Source: an uncultured Bacteroidales bacterium (lineage in GTDB: Bacteria; Bacteroidota; Bacteroidia; Bacteroidales; F082). Taken from it: a stretch of 64,000 nucleotides of DNA. Made by a program: the position numbers and the translations under genes. Positions 24,867 to 35,250 of this stretch are shown in pieces. Position 1 is the first letter of the stretch; the number at the start of each line of letters is the position of its first letter. Where the stretch lies: assembly GCA_937896505.1 (NCBI GenBank), contig CALBNP010000136.1:11338-75337 (forward strand), read 5' to 3'. A model generated the notes under the pieces. The model was not told where the DNA came from, made no database searches, and worked only from the letters and a program-made list of their open reading frames with translations.

Positions 24867-26642
24867 ATGGAAATAAAACGAGTATTTGACTTGCTTCATT
24901 ATTATGTGGAGCGATACCCTCGCCAAAACATTGCCCTTGCTGGCAAAAAGGATGGTGAATGGGTGAAATACAGCATTCAAGACTATCAGGAATATGCCGA
25001 TATATTGAGTTATGCCCTCATCGAATTGGGCATAGTAAAAGGCGATAAAGTGGCCATGATTCTTACCAATCGTCCTGAATGGAACATGATTGACATGGCT
25101 GTGAATCAGGTGGGAGCCATTACGGTTCCGATTTATCCGACCATCAGCGAAGAAGATTACCGTTACATCTTGTCGCAATGTGATGCGAAAATGGTCATCA
25201 TTGATGGCTTGGCCGTGATGAATAAGGTAACCGCCATCTTGCCTGACGCGCCAAATGTGAAGATGGTCTATACCATGATTGACCGCGAGATTTATCCGTA
25301 TTACGACCAGTTGGTTCAGCTGGGAAGAGAGCATCCACATCCTGAGGAACTGAAAGCGCGAGAGGAACAGGTTTTCGAAACCGATTGTGCCACAATTATT
25401 TATACTTCAGGAACGACTGGGACGCCTAAAGGTGTCATGCTGTCGAACAAGAACCTGATGAGCCAATTCAAGTGCTTCTGCCACACGCCTTCACCCGATT
25501 CGAAGGTGGCTTTCAGTTTCCTACCCGTCTGCCACGCCTACGAGCGCGCCTTGATTTACATGTACCAATACAATGGCATGTCAATCTATTACGCTGAAAG
25601 TCTGGCAACTATTGCTGATAACATGAAGGAAGTGCAACCCAATATGATGTGTGCTGTGCCTCGTGTGCTTGAGCGTTTTTACGAGTCAATCTACCAAGCG
25701 GGTAAGAAGATGAAAGGGATGTCGAGGACCATTTATTTTTGGGCTTTGCATCTCGGTGAGAAATACAAGGTTAGCCAACAGAAACGCGGATGGTTCTTTG
25801 ATTTCAAGTTAAGAATTGCTGATAAATTGGTTTACAGTAAGATACGTGAAAAATTGGGTGCCGAGCATTTCGACATTATCGTGTCGGGAGCCGCTTCCAT
25901 TTCGCAAAAGATGTCGGGATTTTTCTCGGCCATCGGAATGCCGGTTTTTGAAGGTTATGGCCTTACCGAAACATCACCAGTTATCTCTGTCAGCAACCGT
26001 TCTGAACATGGCCGTGAAGTGGGTTATGTAGGTCAACCGATTGAAGGTGTGCAAGTTAAGATTACTAACGAAGGCGAAATCATTTGTAAAGGCCACAATG
26101 TGATGATGGGTTATTACAAGAATCCAGAACTCACTGCCGAAGTCATCGACAAGGATGGCTGGTTCCATACAGGCGACATGGGCCGCTTCAATGATTATGG
26201 AATGCTGCAAATCACGGGTCGTATCAAGAGCCTGTTCAAGACTTCGGGCGGAAAATACATCAATCCGGAGGTGATTGAAGCCAAGTTCTGCTCCTCAAAA
26301 ATGATTGACCAGGTTTTGGTGGTTGGCGAAAACCAGAAATTTGCCGGTGCACTTATTGTGCCGAGTTTCACCTATTTGAAATCGTGGTGCAAGAGCCAGA
26401 AAATCAAATTCACCGCCCCGGAAGAAATCATCCAAAACAAGGATGTCATCAAGATGTATTCGCGTGAAGTGAATCGTTTGAATTCAGGCTTGGGCGAAAC
26501 CGAAAAGGTGAAGAAACATGTGCTCGTTGCCGACGAATGGACAGTTGCCAACGGAATGCTCACCCCAACCCTCAAGGTTAGGAGAAAAGTAGTGATGCAG
26601 CACTACAATGAATTGATTGACAGTTTGTTCGAACAAAAATAA
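24867..26642 (+). CDS. Long-chain-fatty-acid--CoA ligase (AMP-binding family)
   Basis: ATG at 24867 (MEIKRVFDLL...). AMP-binding motif IIYTSGTTGTPKGV, YGLTETSP, GWFHTGDMG, GGKYINPE. Confidence 0.9.
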   Translation: MEIKRVFDLLHYYVERYPRQNIALAGKKDGEWVKYSIQDYQEYADILSYALIELGIVKGDKVAMILTNRPEWNMIDMAVNQVGAITVPIYPTISEEDYRYILSQCDAKMVIIDGLAVMNKVTAILPDAPNVKMVYTMIDREIYPYYDQLVQLGREHPHPEELKAREEQVFETDCATIIYTSGTTGTPKGVMLSNKNLMSQFKCFCHTPSPDSKVAFSFLPVCHAYERALIYMYQYNGMSIYYAESLATIADNMKEVQPNMMCAVPRVLERFYESIYQAGKKMKGMSRTIYFWALHLGEKYKVSQQKRGWFFDFKLRIADKLVYSKIREKLGAEHFDIIVSGAASISQKMSGFFSAIGMPVFEGYGLTETSPVISVSNRSEHGREVGYVGQPIEGVQVKITNEGEIICKGHNVMMGYYKNPELTAEVIDKDGWFHTGDMGRFNDYGMLQITGRIKSLFKTSGGKYINPEVIEAKFCSSKMIDQVLVVGENQKFAGALIVPSFTYLKSWCKSQKIKFTAPEEIIQNKDVIKMYSREVNRLNSGLGETEKVKKHVLVADEWTVANGMLTPTLKVRRKVVMQHYNELIDSLFEQK

Positions 26643-26658
26643 ACATTTCATTGCCGCA

Positions 26659-27996
26659 ATGAAACACAAGATTCTTGTGGTTGAAGACGATGCCTCGTTT
26701 GGCATGATGTTGCTGACTTGGCTGAAAAAGAATGGTTATGATGCTGTTCTCGCCTCGCGTTACGAACAAGCTAAAATCGAGATTTCATCAAAGGGTTTCA
26801 GCTTGATAATCACCGATTTGCGTTTGCCAGATGGAGACGGCATTCTGCTCATGACTTGGGTGCGCGAAAAGATGAAAAGCCATGTGCCCATCATCGTGAT
26901 GACAGGTTATGCCGAAGTGCAAACGGCTGTCTCGGCCATGAAGCTTGGCGCTTTCGATTATCTGAAGAAACCCATCAATCCAAGCGTGCTCCAAGAAAAG
27001 ATAGAGGCAGCCTTGGCTGTTTCTGGAGAAGAGATGGTGGAGGAGTTTATTCCACAACGCAAGCAGTTCGTCCGCGGCTCAAGCCCTGTGATGCAACGAC
27101 TTTACAAACATGTCGAGTTGGTTGCACCTACGCGTTTCTCCGTACTTATCCTTGGCGAAAGCGGAACGGGGAAGGAATACATCGCCCGTATGATTCACGA
27201 TTGCAGCCCGCGCAAAAATGCTCCTTTCATTCCTGTGGATTGCGGAAGTTTGTCGAAGGAATTGGCTCCGTCTGAATTGTTTGGCCACCTGAAAGGCTCT
27301 TTCACGTCGGCCATTTCCGACAAGAAAGGTGTCTTCGAACAAGCCAAGGGCGGAACGGTGTTTTTGGACGAAGTAGGCAATTTGCCCTACGAGGTTCAGA
27401 TGCAAATGCTTCGCGCTTTGCAGGAACAAAAAGTACGTCCTGTTGGCTCGGCCACCGATGTCAATGTGGATGTGCGCATTGTGGCTGCTACTAACGAAAA
27501 TATTGAAAAAGCCATCAGCGAAGGTCGTTTCCGCCAGGATTTATACCACCGCATCAACGAGTTTGCCCTCGAAGTTCCGCCTTTGCGTGAGCGTCTTGAA
27601 GATTTTGACGAGCTGATAGCGTTTTTCATTGAGCAAGCTAACCTTGAATTGGGCAAGAATGTGAAAGGCATTTCGGAAGAAGCCTTGCGCGTGATGAAAC
27701 TCCAGCCTTGGAATGGCAATCTCCGCGAATTGCGCAATGTGGTGCGCCGTTGCGTGTTGTTCTCTGAAAGCGAGAGGATTGAATTGGATGATTTGCCCGT
27801 TTTCACTCAACCGACAAAAACAGCATTGCAAACGACTGTAGATGAAGATTTTGCCTTGCGTCCTGGCGATGAAAAAGAGCAAATCGAAACGGCACTGCGC
27901 AAAGTTCGTGGCAACAAGACCGTGGCTGCCAAATTGCTTCAAATCGACCGCAAGACCTTATATAATAAGATGCACTTATATGGAATCGATTTGTAG
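26659..27996 (+). CDS. Sigma-54-dependent response regulator (NtrC family)
   Basis: ATG at 26659 (MKHKILVVEDD). REC (IITDLRLPDGDG, GAFDYLKKP), AAA+ (GESGTGKE, GGTVFLDEV, GAFTGA-like GSFTSA), C-terminal Fis-type HTH (NKTVAAKLLQIDRKTLYNKM). Confidence 0.92.
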   Translation: MKHKILVVEDDASFGMMLLTWLKKNGYDAVLASRYEQAKIEISSKGFSLIITDLRLPDGDGILLMTWVREKMKSHVPIIVMTGYAEVQTAVSAMKLGAFDYLKKPINPSVLQEKIEAALAVSGEEMVEEFIPQRKQFVRGSSPVMQRLYKHVELVAPTRFSVLILGESGTGKEYIARMIHDCSPRKNAPFIPVDCGSLSKELAPSELFGHLKGSFTSAISDKKGVFEQAKGGTVFLDEVGNLPYEVQMQMLRALQEQKVRPVGSATDVNVDVRIVAATNENIEKAISEGRFRQDLYHRINEFALEVPPLRERLEDFDELIAFFIEQANLELGKNVKGISEEALRVMKLQPWNGNLRELRNVVRRCVLFSESERIELDDLPVFTQPTKTALQTTVDEDFALRPGDEKEQIETALRKVRGNKTVAAKLLQIDRKTLYNKMHLYGIDL

Positions 27997-28021
27997 GATA
28001 TTCGATAAGTGTTGCGGCAAT

Positions 28022-30457
28022 TCATCCTATCATTGTACCTTCAATATCTTCTAGCAACTTATCAGTTTGCCCCATAAACTTCATGGCGTCTTCAACCCAA
28101 TCGGGGTAGGTTTCGGCTGAGTCGGCCTTGCCTCTCATTTCATTCATCTTTGAGAGGAAAGTGATGTCTTGCCCGAGTTGCGTAAACATGGGTAACATTT
28201 TATGACACAGTGCTTGTGCACCGATGAAATCGTTGTTGTCAATGCAATTGTTAAAGGCGAGCAAATCGTTGGCAGTGGAAGATGAAAAGACTTCCAGGAT
28301 GGAACGGATGGATTCGTTGTCGTACCCCATCATCTCGCAAAAGATAGGAAATTTTTCCTTGAAAGGTGATTCTGCAGTTTCGATTATTTGATCGTTTGCT
28401 CGACCAAATATTTTCTCTAAGTCAATCAGATTGAATGGTTTGTGAATGAAACCGTCGAAACCTTCCTCTTTAGCTTTTTCGTTGTTGTATTCCATACGGG
28501 CAGTCATGAGAATCACAGGCTTCTCTGGGTCTATCTTCTTGAACAATTGTAGGATATCGTTCCCGCTTACGGCACCCATTTCGCGGTCAGTAAGGATGTA
28601 GTCGAAGGCATCTATCTGATGCAAGGCATATTCAACGTCGTTTTTCGAACTGCACGGAATGCCGATATGTCCGAGTTTTTCCAAAAGTCCTTCCAAAACT
28701 GACAATAAGGTGTTATCGTCGTCGATTATCAAAATATTGAGAGGCAGGAAATTATGTTGGAGAATCGTACCTTGTTCCTCGTTTTCCTCATGTGCAATTT
28801 CGATAGGTATCGTGACATTGAAATGGCTTCCTTTCCCGACTTCCGACTCGACCTTGATTTCGCCTTCCAGCAAATCAACGAGACCTTTCACAACGGACAA
28901 ACCGTAACCGCTGCCTTCGGCAAATTGGTTGTAGGTGTCGATGCGGGCAAAAGGCTTGAAAACCTCATCAATCTTGTCTTGTGGAATGCCCATACCGCTG
29001 TCAATGATGTCGATGACAAGCCTTGAATCGTCAACCTTTGCCTTAAACTCCACGGAGCCTTCTAAGGTGTATTTAATGCCGTTTGAAATCAAGTTACTTA
29101 TTATCTGCTTGATTTTCAGCTTGTCAGAAACGATTATGGTTTCTTCAGAAATGTCGGAGTTGAAAGCGAATAGAAGTCGTTTCTGCTGTGCAATAGGTTC
29201 GAACATGGCGACAGTTTCCTGACAGAGCGTCAACGCGTCGAAAGGCGTCTTTTCTGCTTTTAGCTTGCCTTGTTCAAGACTTGAGAACTCCAACAGGTTG
29301 GTGAGCAAGTTTAGAATGTGGTCGGCAGACTGTTCTATCGATTTGATTTCCTTTTCGTTAACCGACTTGTCCATAAGTTCGGCATTGCCAAGAATGGAAG
29401 TCAGAGGAGTTTTGATGTCGTGCGAAACGGAGAGTAACAGTTTATGACGGCTTTCCAACACTTCTTCGGTCCGCTTCTGAGCATCCTCGGCAGCGAGACG
29501 CATTTTTGCAATTTTATTTACATCGTTGACAATCAATATGATGAATATAATTATTAAAAGCAAAGTCACAAAGCCAATCAAGGATGAAATCTTGGTGTTT
29601 TCTTTGATTAAGGCCTCGCTTTTCGAAATTTCAGCCACCGTTGAGTCGAGAATTTCCTGGTTGAGTTGAAGCAACATAGTAGAGATTTTCTCCGATAGTT
29701 GGTTGTCGTCGGCAATCAGTTGGCTGGCTTGCTTTTCGTATTCCTTTATTTTGGCTTTGTATTCGTTTTTAGCCTGGTCGGATAAGGAACGTAGGTCGTA
29801 AAGTATTGGAAGACTATCTGTTTCGTGCTTTACTAACGTGTCGTGTCGTACAATTGAAACTTGCACGATGCTGTCTTCTTCAGGACTGAAAACGTTGCCA
29901 ATCCGTTGCCAAAAGTTGAGTCTCTTTTTCTGATGAACGATTGTGTCTTTGATGGTTGTCGTAACGAAAGTGGGTTCTTCGCGTTTAATAGGTTGATAGT
30001 CATCGATGGTGCGGTCAAATTCGACTAACGGATTGAAGTTGTAGAACTGCATTGATAAGGTATAGCTGATTTTTCCCTTCTTTTCGATAAGTGCTGCAAT
30101 TTCGTTGATTCTCTGCTTGTTTTGTTCGCTGAAATCGGTTCTTGATATGGAATCGGCTATGCTGTAAAGTTCATCGCGCTGTTGTGCAAACTGATTGATG
30201 AGTAGTGGATTGTTTGAAAAAGCTATGAGATTGGAAGTGTTTTGTGCGGTATGGACTTTTTGCGTGAATTGGCTTGCCCATTCAAGGGTCGTGTTTTTTG
30301 ATTTGATGTTAGTCCTTTGATTTTCAATGGAATGGCGCATGTCGAAAATATAATAGAACATGGCGTAACACAATGCTATAACGAACAGATAGGTTGCAAC
30401 TATCTTCCAGTTCGTGTTCCGTTCAACGGAATTCCTATTTTTTTCTTCTTTTGTCAT
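28022..30457 (-). CDS. Hybrid sensor histidine kinase / response regulator with C-terminal HPt-like region
   Basis: Start at the MTKEEK Met (30457). Two TM segments, H-box SHDIKTPLTSILG, NLISNGIKYT, DSGMGIP, GSGYGLSVV, REC (ILIIDDD...ILTDREMG...KP). Confidence 0.9.
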   Translation of the reverse strand: MTKEEKNRNSVERNTNWKIVATYLFVIALCYAMFYYIFDMRHSIENQRTNIKSKNTTLEWASQFTQKVHTAQNTSNLIAFSNNPLLINQFAQQRDELYSIADSISRTDFSEQNKQRINEIAALIEKKGKISYTLSMQFYNFNPLVEFDRTIDDYQPIKREEPTFVTTTIKDTIVHQKKRLNFWQRIGNVFSPEEDSIVQVSIVRHDTLVKHETDSLPILYDLRSLSDQAKNEYKAKIKEYEKQASQLIADDNQLSEKISTMLLQLNQEILDSTVAEISKSEALIKENTKISSLIGFVTLLLIIIFIILIVNDVNKIAKMRLAAEDAQKRTEEVLESRHKLLLSVSHDIKTPLTSILGNAELMDKSVNEKEIKSIEQSADHILNLLTNLLEFSSLEQGKLKAEKTPFDALTLCQETVAMFEPIAQQKRLLFAFNSDISEETIIVSDKLKIKQIISNLISNGIKYTLEGSVEFKAKVDDSRLVIDIIDSGMGIPQDKIDEVFKPFARIDTYNQFAEGSGYGLSVVKGLVDLLEGEIKVESEVGKGSHFNVTIPIEIAHEENEEQGTILQHNFLPLNILIIDDDNTLLSVLEGLLEKLGHIGIPCSSKNDVEYALHQIDAFDYILTDREMGAVSGNDILQLFKKIDPEKPVILMTARMEYNNEKAKEEGFDGFIHKPFNLIDLEKIFGRANDQIIETAESPFKEKFPIFCEMMGYDNESIRSILEVFSSSTANDLLAFNNCIDNNDFIGAQALCHKMLPMFTQLGQDITFLSKMNEMRGKADSAETYPDWVEDAMKFMGQTDKLLEDIEGTMIG

Positions 30458-30464
30458 GGGACTG

Positions 30465-30472
30465 CAAATGTA
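30465..30472 (-). promoter_or_regulatory. Candidate -7 box (TACATTTG on the minus strand) for the hybrid kinase
   Basis: Reverse complement of CAAATGTA; only 7 nt upstream of ATG 30457. Confidence 0.35.
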
Positions 30473-30483
30473 GTTTTTTTTCT

Positions 30484-30491
30484 TATTTTTG
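30484..30491 (+). promoter_or_regulatory. Candidate -7 box (TATTTTTG)
   Basis: TAnnTTTG 16 nt upstream of ATG 30508. Confidence 0.4.
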
Positions 30492-30507
30492 CGCAAATTA
30501 TTTAGCC

Positions 30508-30699
30508 ATGAAAGTTTTTGTCAATGATGTAGAAGTCAATATTTTCGAGGGTGCTCGCGTGATTGATGCGGCTCATAAGTTCATACAGCAGTTCGAGTTA
30601 TTCGAAAAATTAAAGCATTTGACGGCACGAGATGCTTTCCACAACCGCATCGACCTTGACGGTGCTTTGCGCGATGGCAGCAGAATTTATCTAGATTAA
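30508..30699 (+). CDS. Small hypothetical protein (63 aa)
   Basis: ATG at 30508 (MKVFVNDVEVNIFEGARVIDA...GSRIYLD). No motif recognised. The upstream part of the ORF is antisense to the kinase start. Confidence 0.45.
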   Translation: MKVFVNDVEVNIFEGARVIDAAHKFIQQFELFEKLKHLTARDAFHNRIDLDGALRDGSRIYLD

Positions 30700-30711
30700 A
30701 ACATCAGACTT

Positions 30712-32151
30712 ATGAAACATTTCTATTTTTCTGTATTAACTATTTGCTTGATAGTTTTTTATGGCTGCAATTCTAATCCTGCTACCCAGAAAAAAGCCAA
30801 CAGCTCCGAAGTAACCGAAGTGGCTATTTTGGCGGTGAACGACATTCATGCCAACATCGACTTATTCCCGCAATTCGGTGCCTTGGTTGACAGCTTGAGA
30901 GGCGTTTATCCTGATTTGCTGGTGTTTTCGGCTGGCGACAACCGCACGGGAAATCCGGTCAACGACCAATACAATCCTGTAAACTTTCCTATGATTGACC
31001 TGATGAATAAGGTGGGTTTCGATGTTTCGACGGTTGGCAACCACGAATGGGATGCCAATGTGGAGAATTTGCAAAACAACATCGAGCAGGCCAACTTCCC
31101 ATTTCTTTGTGCTAATGTATTTATTCCTAATACGTTAAATCTTGATATCAAACCTTATACCATCATTGAAAATCAAGGCATTAAGATTGCCGTTGTGGGC
31201 TTGATAGAGTTGCGCCATGATGGCATTCCGGGCGCGCATCCTAAGAATCTGACCGAAGTGAACTTCAAGCCTGCCTCGGTCGTTCTTCCTGATTACAAAT
31301 ATCTTAGCAATGAAAACGACTTGATGGTTTTGCTCTCGCATTGCGGTTTCGAGGACGATATGGAACTCGCCCAAGCCAATCCTTATTTGGATGTGATTAT
31401 CGGCGGCCATTCGCATACCTTGATAGAAAACCCGCATGAGGTGAATGGAGTTTTGGTCACTCAGTCGGGTTCTCATCTCGAATATGCCACTTTGCACCTA
31501 TTTGATATTAAGGACGGGAATGTGATCAAAAAGGGTGCTACTGTGCTGAATGTGAAAGATTTTAATAAAAAATCCGCCGAATTGCAGACCATGATTGAAG
31601 AATACAACAATTCGCCGAGTTTGAACGAAGCCATCGCTGTTGCCACGACGAAATTTGAGAATAGGGAAGAGTTGGGCTGCATGATGACAGATGCCATCCG
31701 CGAAATAAGCAAAGCCGATTTTGCTTTCCAAAATACAGGCGGTGTGCGCGTCAACTACTTGAAAAAAGGACCGATTACGGTGAAGGATGTCTATATGATT
31801 GACCCATTTAACAATGAGATTGTGGCCTATCAGATGACTGGCGCACAAGTCGAGAAATTCATTATCAACTCGTATAAGAAGAATGGTCGTTATCCGTCGC
31901 ATGTTTCAGGCATGAGATATGAGGTTGTCGGAAATGGTAACAAACTGAAAGCCAATATTATTACCGATAAAGGAAAGTTTTCTAAGAGTGCGACATACAA
32001 GGTCGCGATGAACAGTTATATGGCCTCGACGGTCAACATCGAGAGTCTTGACGATGGCCAAAGCCAATACATGACTTCGGAAGAAATGATGATAGAATTT
32101 TTAAGGAAACAAAAAACTGTTGATTATAAAGGAGTTGCAAGAGTTAAATAA
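30712..32151 (+). CDS. Bifunctional metallophosphatase / 5'-nucleotidase (UshA-like) lipoprotein
   Basis: Lipobox FYGC; ILAVNDIHAN, AGDNRTGNP, GNHEWD, GGHSHT; C-terminal 5'-nucleotidase domain. Confidence 0.88.
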   Translation: MKHFYFSVLTICLIVFYGCNSNPATQKKANSSEVTEVAILAVNDIHANIDLFPQFGALVDSLRGVYPDLLVFSAGDNRTGNPVNDQYNPVNFPMIDLMNKVGFDVSTVGNHEWDANVENLQNNIEQANFPFLCANVFIPNTLNLDIKPYTIIENQGIKIAVVGLIELRHDGIPGAHPKNLTEVNFKPASVVLPDYKYLSNENDLMVLLSHCGFEDDMELAQANPYLDVIIGGHSHTLIENPHEVNGVLVTQSGSHLEYATLHLFDIKDGNVIKKGATVLNVKDFNKKSAELQTMIEEYNNSPSLNEAIAVATTKFENREELGCMMTDAIREISKADFAFQNTGGVRVNYLKKGPITVKDVYMIDPFNNEIVAYQMTGAQVEKFIINSYKKNGRYPSHVSGMRYEVVGNGNKLKANIITDKGKFSKSATYKVAMNSYMASTVNIESLDDGQSQYMTSEEMMIEFLRKQKTVDYKGVARVK

Positions 32152-32181
32152 ATTTCCTTTGTGTAGTTCAATACAATTTTG

Positions 32182-32189
32182 TATTTTTG
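32182..32189 (+). promoter_or_regulatory. Candidate -7 box (TATTTTTG)
   Basis: TAnnTTTG 33 nt upstream of ATG 32223. Confidence 0.45.
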
Positions 32190-32222
32190 CCGCCTAATTT
32201 TGACAGATTGAAATCGAAAGAA

Positions 32223-33368
32223 ATGAAAAAAGCATTATCGATTTTCGCAATGGCTTTGTTATTAGTCAGTTGCGGTCCAAAGAGAAAAGAAGTCCAATTG
32301 CTTGACCCTTCTAACTTCAACACCCAGATAGATGGAAAGCAAGTGTCGCTTTACACTATGCACAATGGTGACATCACCATGCAAGTCACCAATTATGGTG
32401 GCCGCATCGTTTCGTTGTGGGTGCCTGACCGCAGAAAAAGTTTCGAAGACATAGTTCTGGGTTACGAAAACATCGACAAGTATGTGAACAACACGGGTGA
32501 ACGCTATCTTGGTGCCGTCGTAGGTCGTTGCGCCAACCGTATCAGTAATGGTTCTTTCACTCTGAATGGTCAAACCTATCAACTTACAAAGAATGATGGC
32601 GAAAACACGCTTCACGGCGGTCTCATTGGTGCCGACAAGATGGTTTGGGACGTGGTTTCAACCAACGACAGCGTCATCGAGATGCACACCGTTTTCGTTG
32701 ACGGTCAAGATGGTTTCCCTGGCAATCTGGAAGTCAACATGAGTTACACCTTAACGGCGGCCAACACTCTGGAAATCCGTTATTCTGCCATCACCGATTC
32801 CACCACGTTGTGCAATCTCTCCAACCACTCGTTCTTCAACCTGAAAGGCGAAGGCAATGGCACCGTCCTCGATCATGAAATGCAAATCCACTCAAGATAC
32901 ATGACCACCATCAACGATCAGATTCTTACTGATGGCAAGTTCTCGGGCGTGAAGAATACACCTTTCGATTTCCGCGAAAAGCACACCATTGGCGAACGCA
33001 TCAATGCTGAAGATGAGCAACTTGCCAACGGTCATGGCTATGACCATAACTGGATTCTCGACAAGAGTGCTCCTGACGAATACACATGGGCGGCTATCGT
33101 GTCAGACCCTAAATCAGGGCGTCAGATGGAAGTGTGGACAGACCAAGTCGGTTTGCAGTTCTATAGCGGCAACTTCTTCGATGGCAAGTGTAACGGCAAG
33201 TATGGCCATCCTTTGTGCTATCGCGAAGGTTTTGCTTTGGAAACCCAATATTTCCCGGATGCCATCAACCATTCAACCTTGGCACCTATGCCAATCCTTA
33301 ACCCAGGCGAGGAATACCATCAACTCACTATCTATAAGTTCGGTGTGCTTCCTAAAGAGAAGAAATAA
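32223..33368 (+). CDS. galM: Aldose 1-epimerase (galactose mutarotase) lipoprotein
   Basis: ATG at 32223 (MKKALSIFAMALLLVSCG). GRCANRISNGSFTLNGQTYQLTKNDGENTLHGG, GFPGNLEV, HSFFNL, ETQYFPDA. Confidence 0.9.
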   Translation: MKKALSIFAMALLLVSCGPKRKEVQLLDPSNFNTQIDGKQVSLYTMHNGDITMQVTNYGGRIVSLWVPDRRKSFEDIVLGYENIDKYVNNTGERYLGAVVGRCANRISNGSFTLNGQTYQLTKNDGENTLHGGLIGADKMVWDVVSTNDSVIEMHTVFVDGQDGFPGNLEVNMSYTLTAANTLEIRYSAITDSTTLCNLSNHSFFNLKGEGNGTVLDHEMQIHSRYMTTINDQILTDGKFSGVKNTPFDFREKHTIGERINAEDEQLANGHGYDHNWILDKSAPDEYTWAAIVSDPKSGRQMEVWTDQVGLQFYSGNFFDGKCNGKYGHPLCYREGFALETQYFPDAINHSTLAPMPILNPGEEYHQLTIYKFGVLPKEKK

Positions 33369-33387
33369 CTAACGTTCAAAAAACAAT

Positions 33388-33419
33388 AGCCTCGTGTCGG
33401 GAGATGCGAGGCTTTTTTT
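33388..33419 (+). terminator. Rho-independent terminator after galM
   Basis: AGCCTCG ... CGAGGCT stem (33388-94 / 33407-13) followed by a T7 run. Confidence 0.75.
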
Positions 33420-33426
33420 ATCTTTG
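33419..33426 (+). promoter_or_regulatory. Candidate -7 box (TATCTTTG) abutting the terminator T-run
   Basis: TAnnTTTG ends 4 nt before ATG 33431, implying a leaderless or near-leaderless mRNA. Confidence 0.4.
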
Positions 33427-33430
33427 CAGA

Positions 33431-35188
33431 ATGAATTACTTATCCGTAAACGGAATCTCCAAGTCGTTCGGTATCAAGACCTTGTTTGACAATGTCACTT
33501 TCGGCATCGAAAAAGGCGACAAGACGGCTTTGATAGCTGCCAATGGTTCGGGAAAATCAACAATGCTTAAAATCCTTGTCGGGAAAGAAAGTCCCGACAC
33601 GGGCACGATTGTTTATGCCAACGACTTAAAAGTCGGTTATTTGGAACAACTTCCTGTATATCCCGTTGGAAGTACCATTGCTGATTTGTTGGAAGATCTG
33701 AGCGATGAACAGCATTTGAAGGCGCGTCAGTTTCTTTCGCGTTTCGAGTTGCAAGACCTTACGCAATGCGTCGATACGCTTTCAGGCGGACAGGTCAAGC
33801 GTTTAGCCTTGGCTTTGGTGCTGCTTCACGAGCCTGATTTCCTTATTATGGACGAACCCACCAACCACCTTGACGTAGAAATGGTGGAATGGCTTGAAAA
33901 ATACCTCACGCAATCCACGATGACGCTCTTGATGGTGACGCACGACCGCTATTTCCTCGACCGCGTGTGCAATAAGATTTTCGAGTTGTACCAAGGCGTA
34001 ATGTACACCCATAACGGCAATTTCGACTATTATGTCGAGAAAAGCCGCGAACGTGAGGAAGTGAAACGAGCCACAGCCGAAAAAGCAGGTCAACTACTGA
34101 AACACGAACTGGAATGGATGCGCAGCACGCCACAAGCCAGAACGGGCAAGTCGAAAAGCCGCATTGATGCCTTCTACGACCTGAAAGACAAGGCTAAGAT
34201 ACAACAGGTGGAAGACAAACTTCAGTTTGGACTGAACATGCAACGCCTCGGCGGCAAGATTCTGGAACTCAGTAACGTAACCAAATCGTATGGCGACACT
34301 ACCGTACTCAAGGATTTCGACTACGTCTTCAAGCGTGGCGAGCGCATCGGCTTGATTGGAAAGAATGGCGTCGGCAAGTCGTCGTTCCTTAACCTCATAA
34401 CGGGTTCCGTCACGCCCGACAAAGGACAAGTCAAGACGGGCGAGACCGTCACCTATGGCTATTACCGTCAGGAAGGCATCCAGTTCGACGAAAGCAAGAC
34501 GGTGTTGAGTACCATTCGCGACATCGCCGAAGTGGTGTGTTACGGCAAAGACAAGGTATATACTGCCGACCAACTGTTGGCGCATTTCATGTTTCCATAT
34601 AAAATGCATCGCCAACCCGTTTCGCTGTTGAGTGGCGGCGAGAAACGACGGCTCTACATGCTTACCGTACTCATCAGCAACCCCAACTTCCTCATTTTGG
34701 ATGAACCAACTAACGACCTCGATTTGCTTACGCTCCAGAAACTTGAGGATTTCCTCCAAGGCTACAAAGGTTGCCTTTTAGTGGTATCGCACGACCGCTA
34801 TTTCATGGATGAGGTTGTTGACCAACTCTTTGTCTTCCAAGGTGATGGCGCAGTGAAAGGCTTCATGGGAAACTACTCGCAATATAAGGATTACCTAGAT
34901 GCCAGACTCAAGGAAGAACGCAAGGAGCAGAACGCGCAAAAGAGGGAAGAAATGAAGCCCGCAAAACCACGCGAGAAGACTAAACGCTCATTCAAGGAAG
35001 AACGCGAATATAAGCAACTCGCTGCCGAGATTGCAGCTTTGGAAGACGAGAAGGTACAGATAACCCAAACTTTGAACACTGAATGTGACTATCAGAAACT
35101 CCAGCAGATGGGCAACCGCCTTCAGGAAATCAATGATTTGTTGGATGGAAAGGAGTTGCGCTGGCTCGAGCTGGATGAGATTGGTTAA
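33431..35188 (+). CDS. ABC-F family ATPase (two ABC cassettes, no TM domain)
   Basis: ATG at 33431 (MNYLSVNGISKSF). GSGKST / LSGGQVKRLALA / IMDEPTNHLD, then GKNGVGKSS / LSGGEKRRL / ILDEPTNDLD, and a C-terminal coiled coil. Confidence 0.92.
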   Translation: MNYLSVNGISKSFGIKTLFDNVTFGIEKGDKTALIAANGSGKSTMLKILVGKESPDTGTIVYANDLKVGYLEQLPVYPVGSTIADLLEDLSDEQHLKARQFLSRFELQDLTQCVDTLSGGQVKRLALALVLLHEPDFLIMDEPTNHLDVEMVEWLEKYLTQSTMTLLMVTHDRYFLDRVCNKIFELYQGVMYTHNGNFDYYVEKSREREEVKRATAEKAGQLLKHELEWMRSTPQARTGKSKSRIDAFYDLKDKAKIQQVEDKLQFGLNMQRLGGKILELSNVTKSYGDTTVLKDFDYVFKRGERIGLIGKNGVGKSSFLNLITGSVTPDKGQVKTGETVTYGYYRQEGIQFDESKTVLSTIRDIAEVVCYGKDKVYTADQLLAHFMFPYKMHRQPVSLLSGGEKRRLYMLTVLISNPNFLILDEPTNDLDLLTLQKLEDFLQGYKGCLLVVSHDRYFMDEVVDQLFVFQGDGAVKGFMGNYSQYKDYLDARLKEERKEQNAQKREEMKPAKPREKTKRSFKEEREYKQLAAEIAALEDEKVQITQTLNTECDYQKLQQMGNRLQEINDLLDGKELRWLELDEIG

Positions 35189-35226
35189 GTGTGAAGGCAG
35201 GTTCCATCCTTCCCCCTAAAACAACT

Positions 35227-35250
35227 AAAGAGACGCTTTTGTGTCTCTTT
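35227..35250 (+). terminator. Possible terminator hairpin after the ABC-F gene
   Basis: AAAGAGAC-GCTTTTGT-GTCTCTTT; only a weak T tract follows. Confidence 0.45.
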
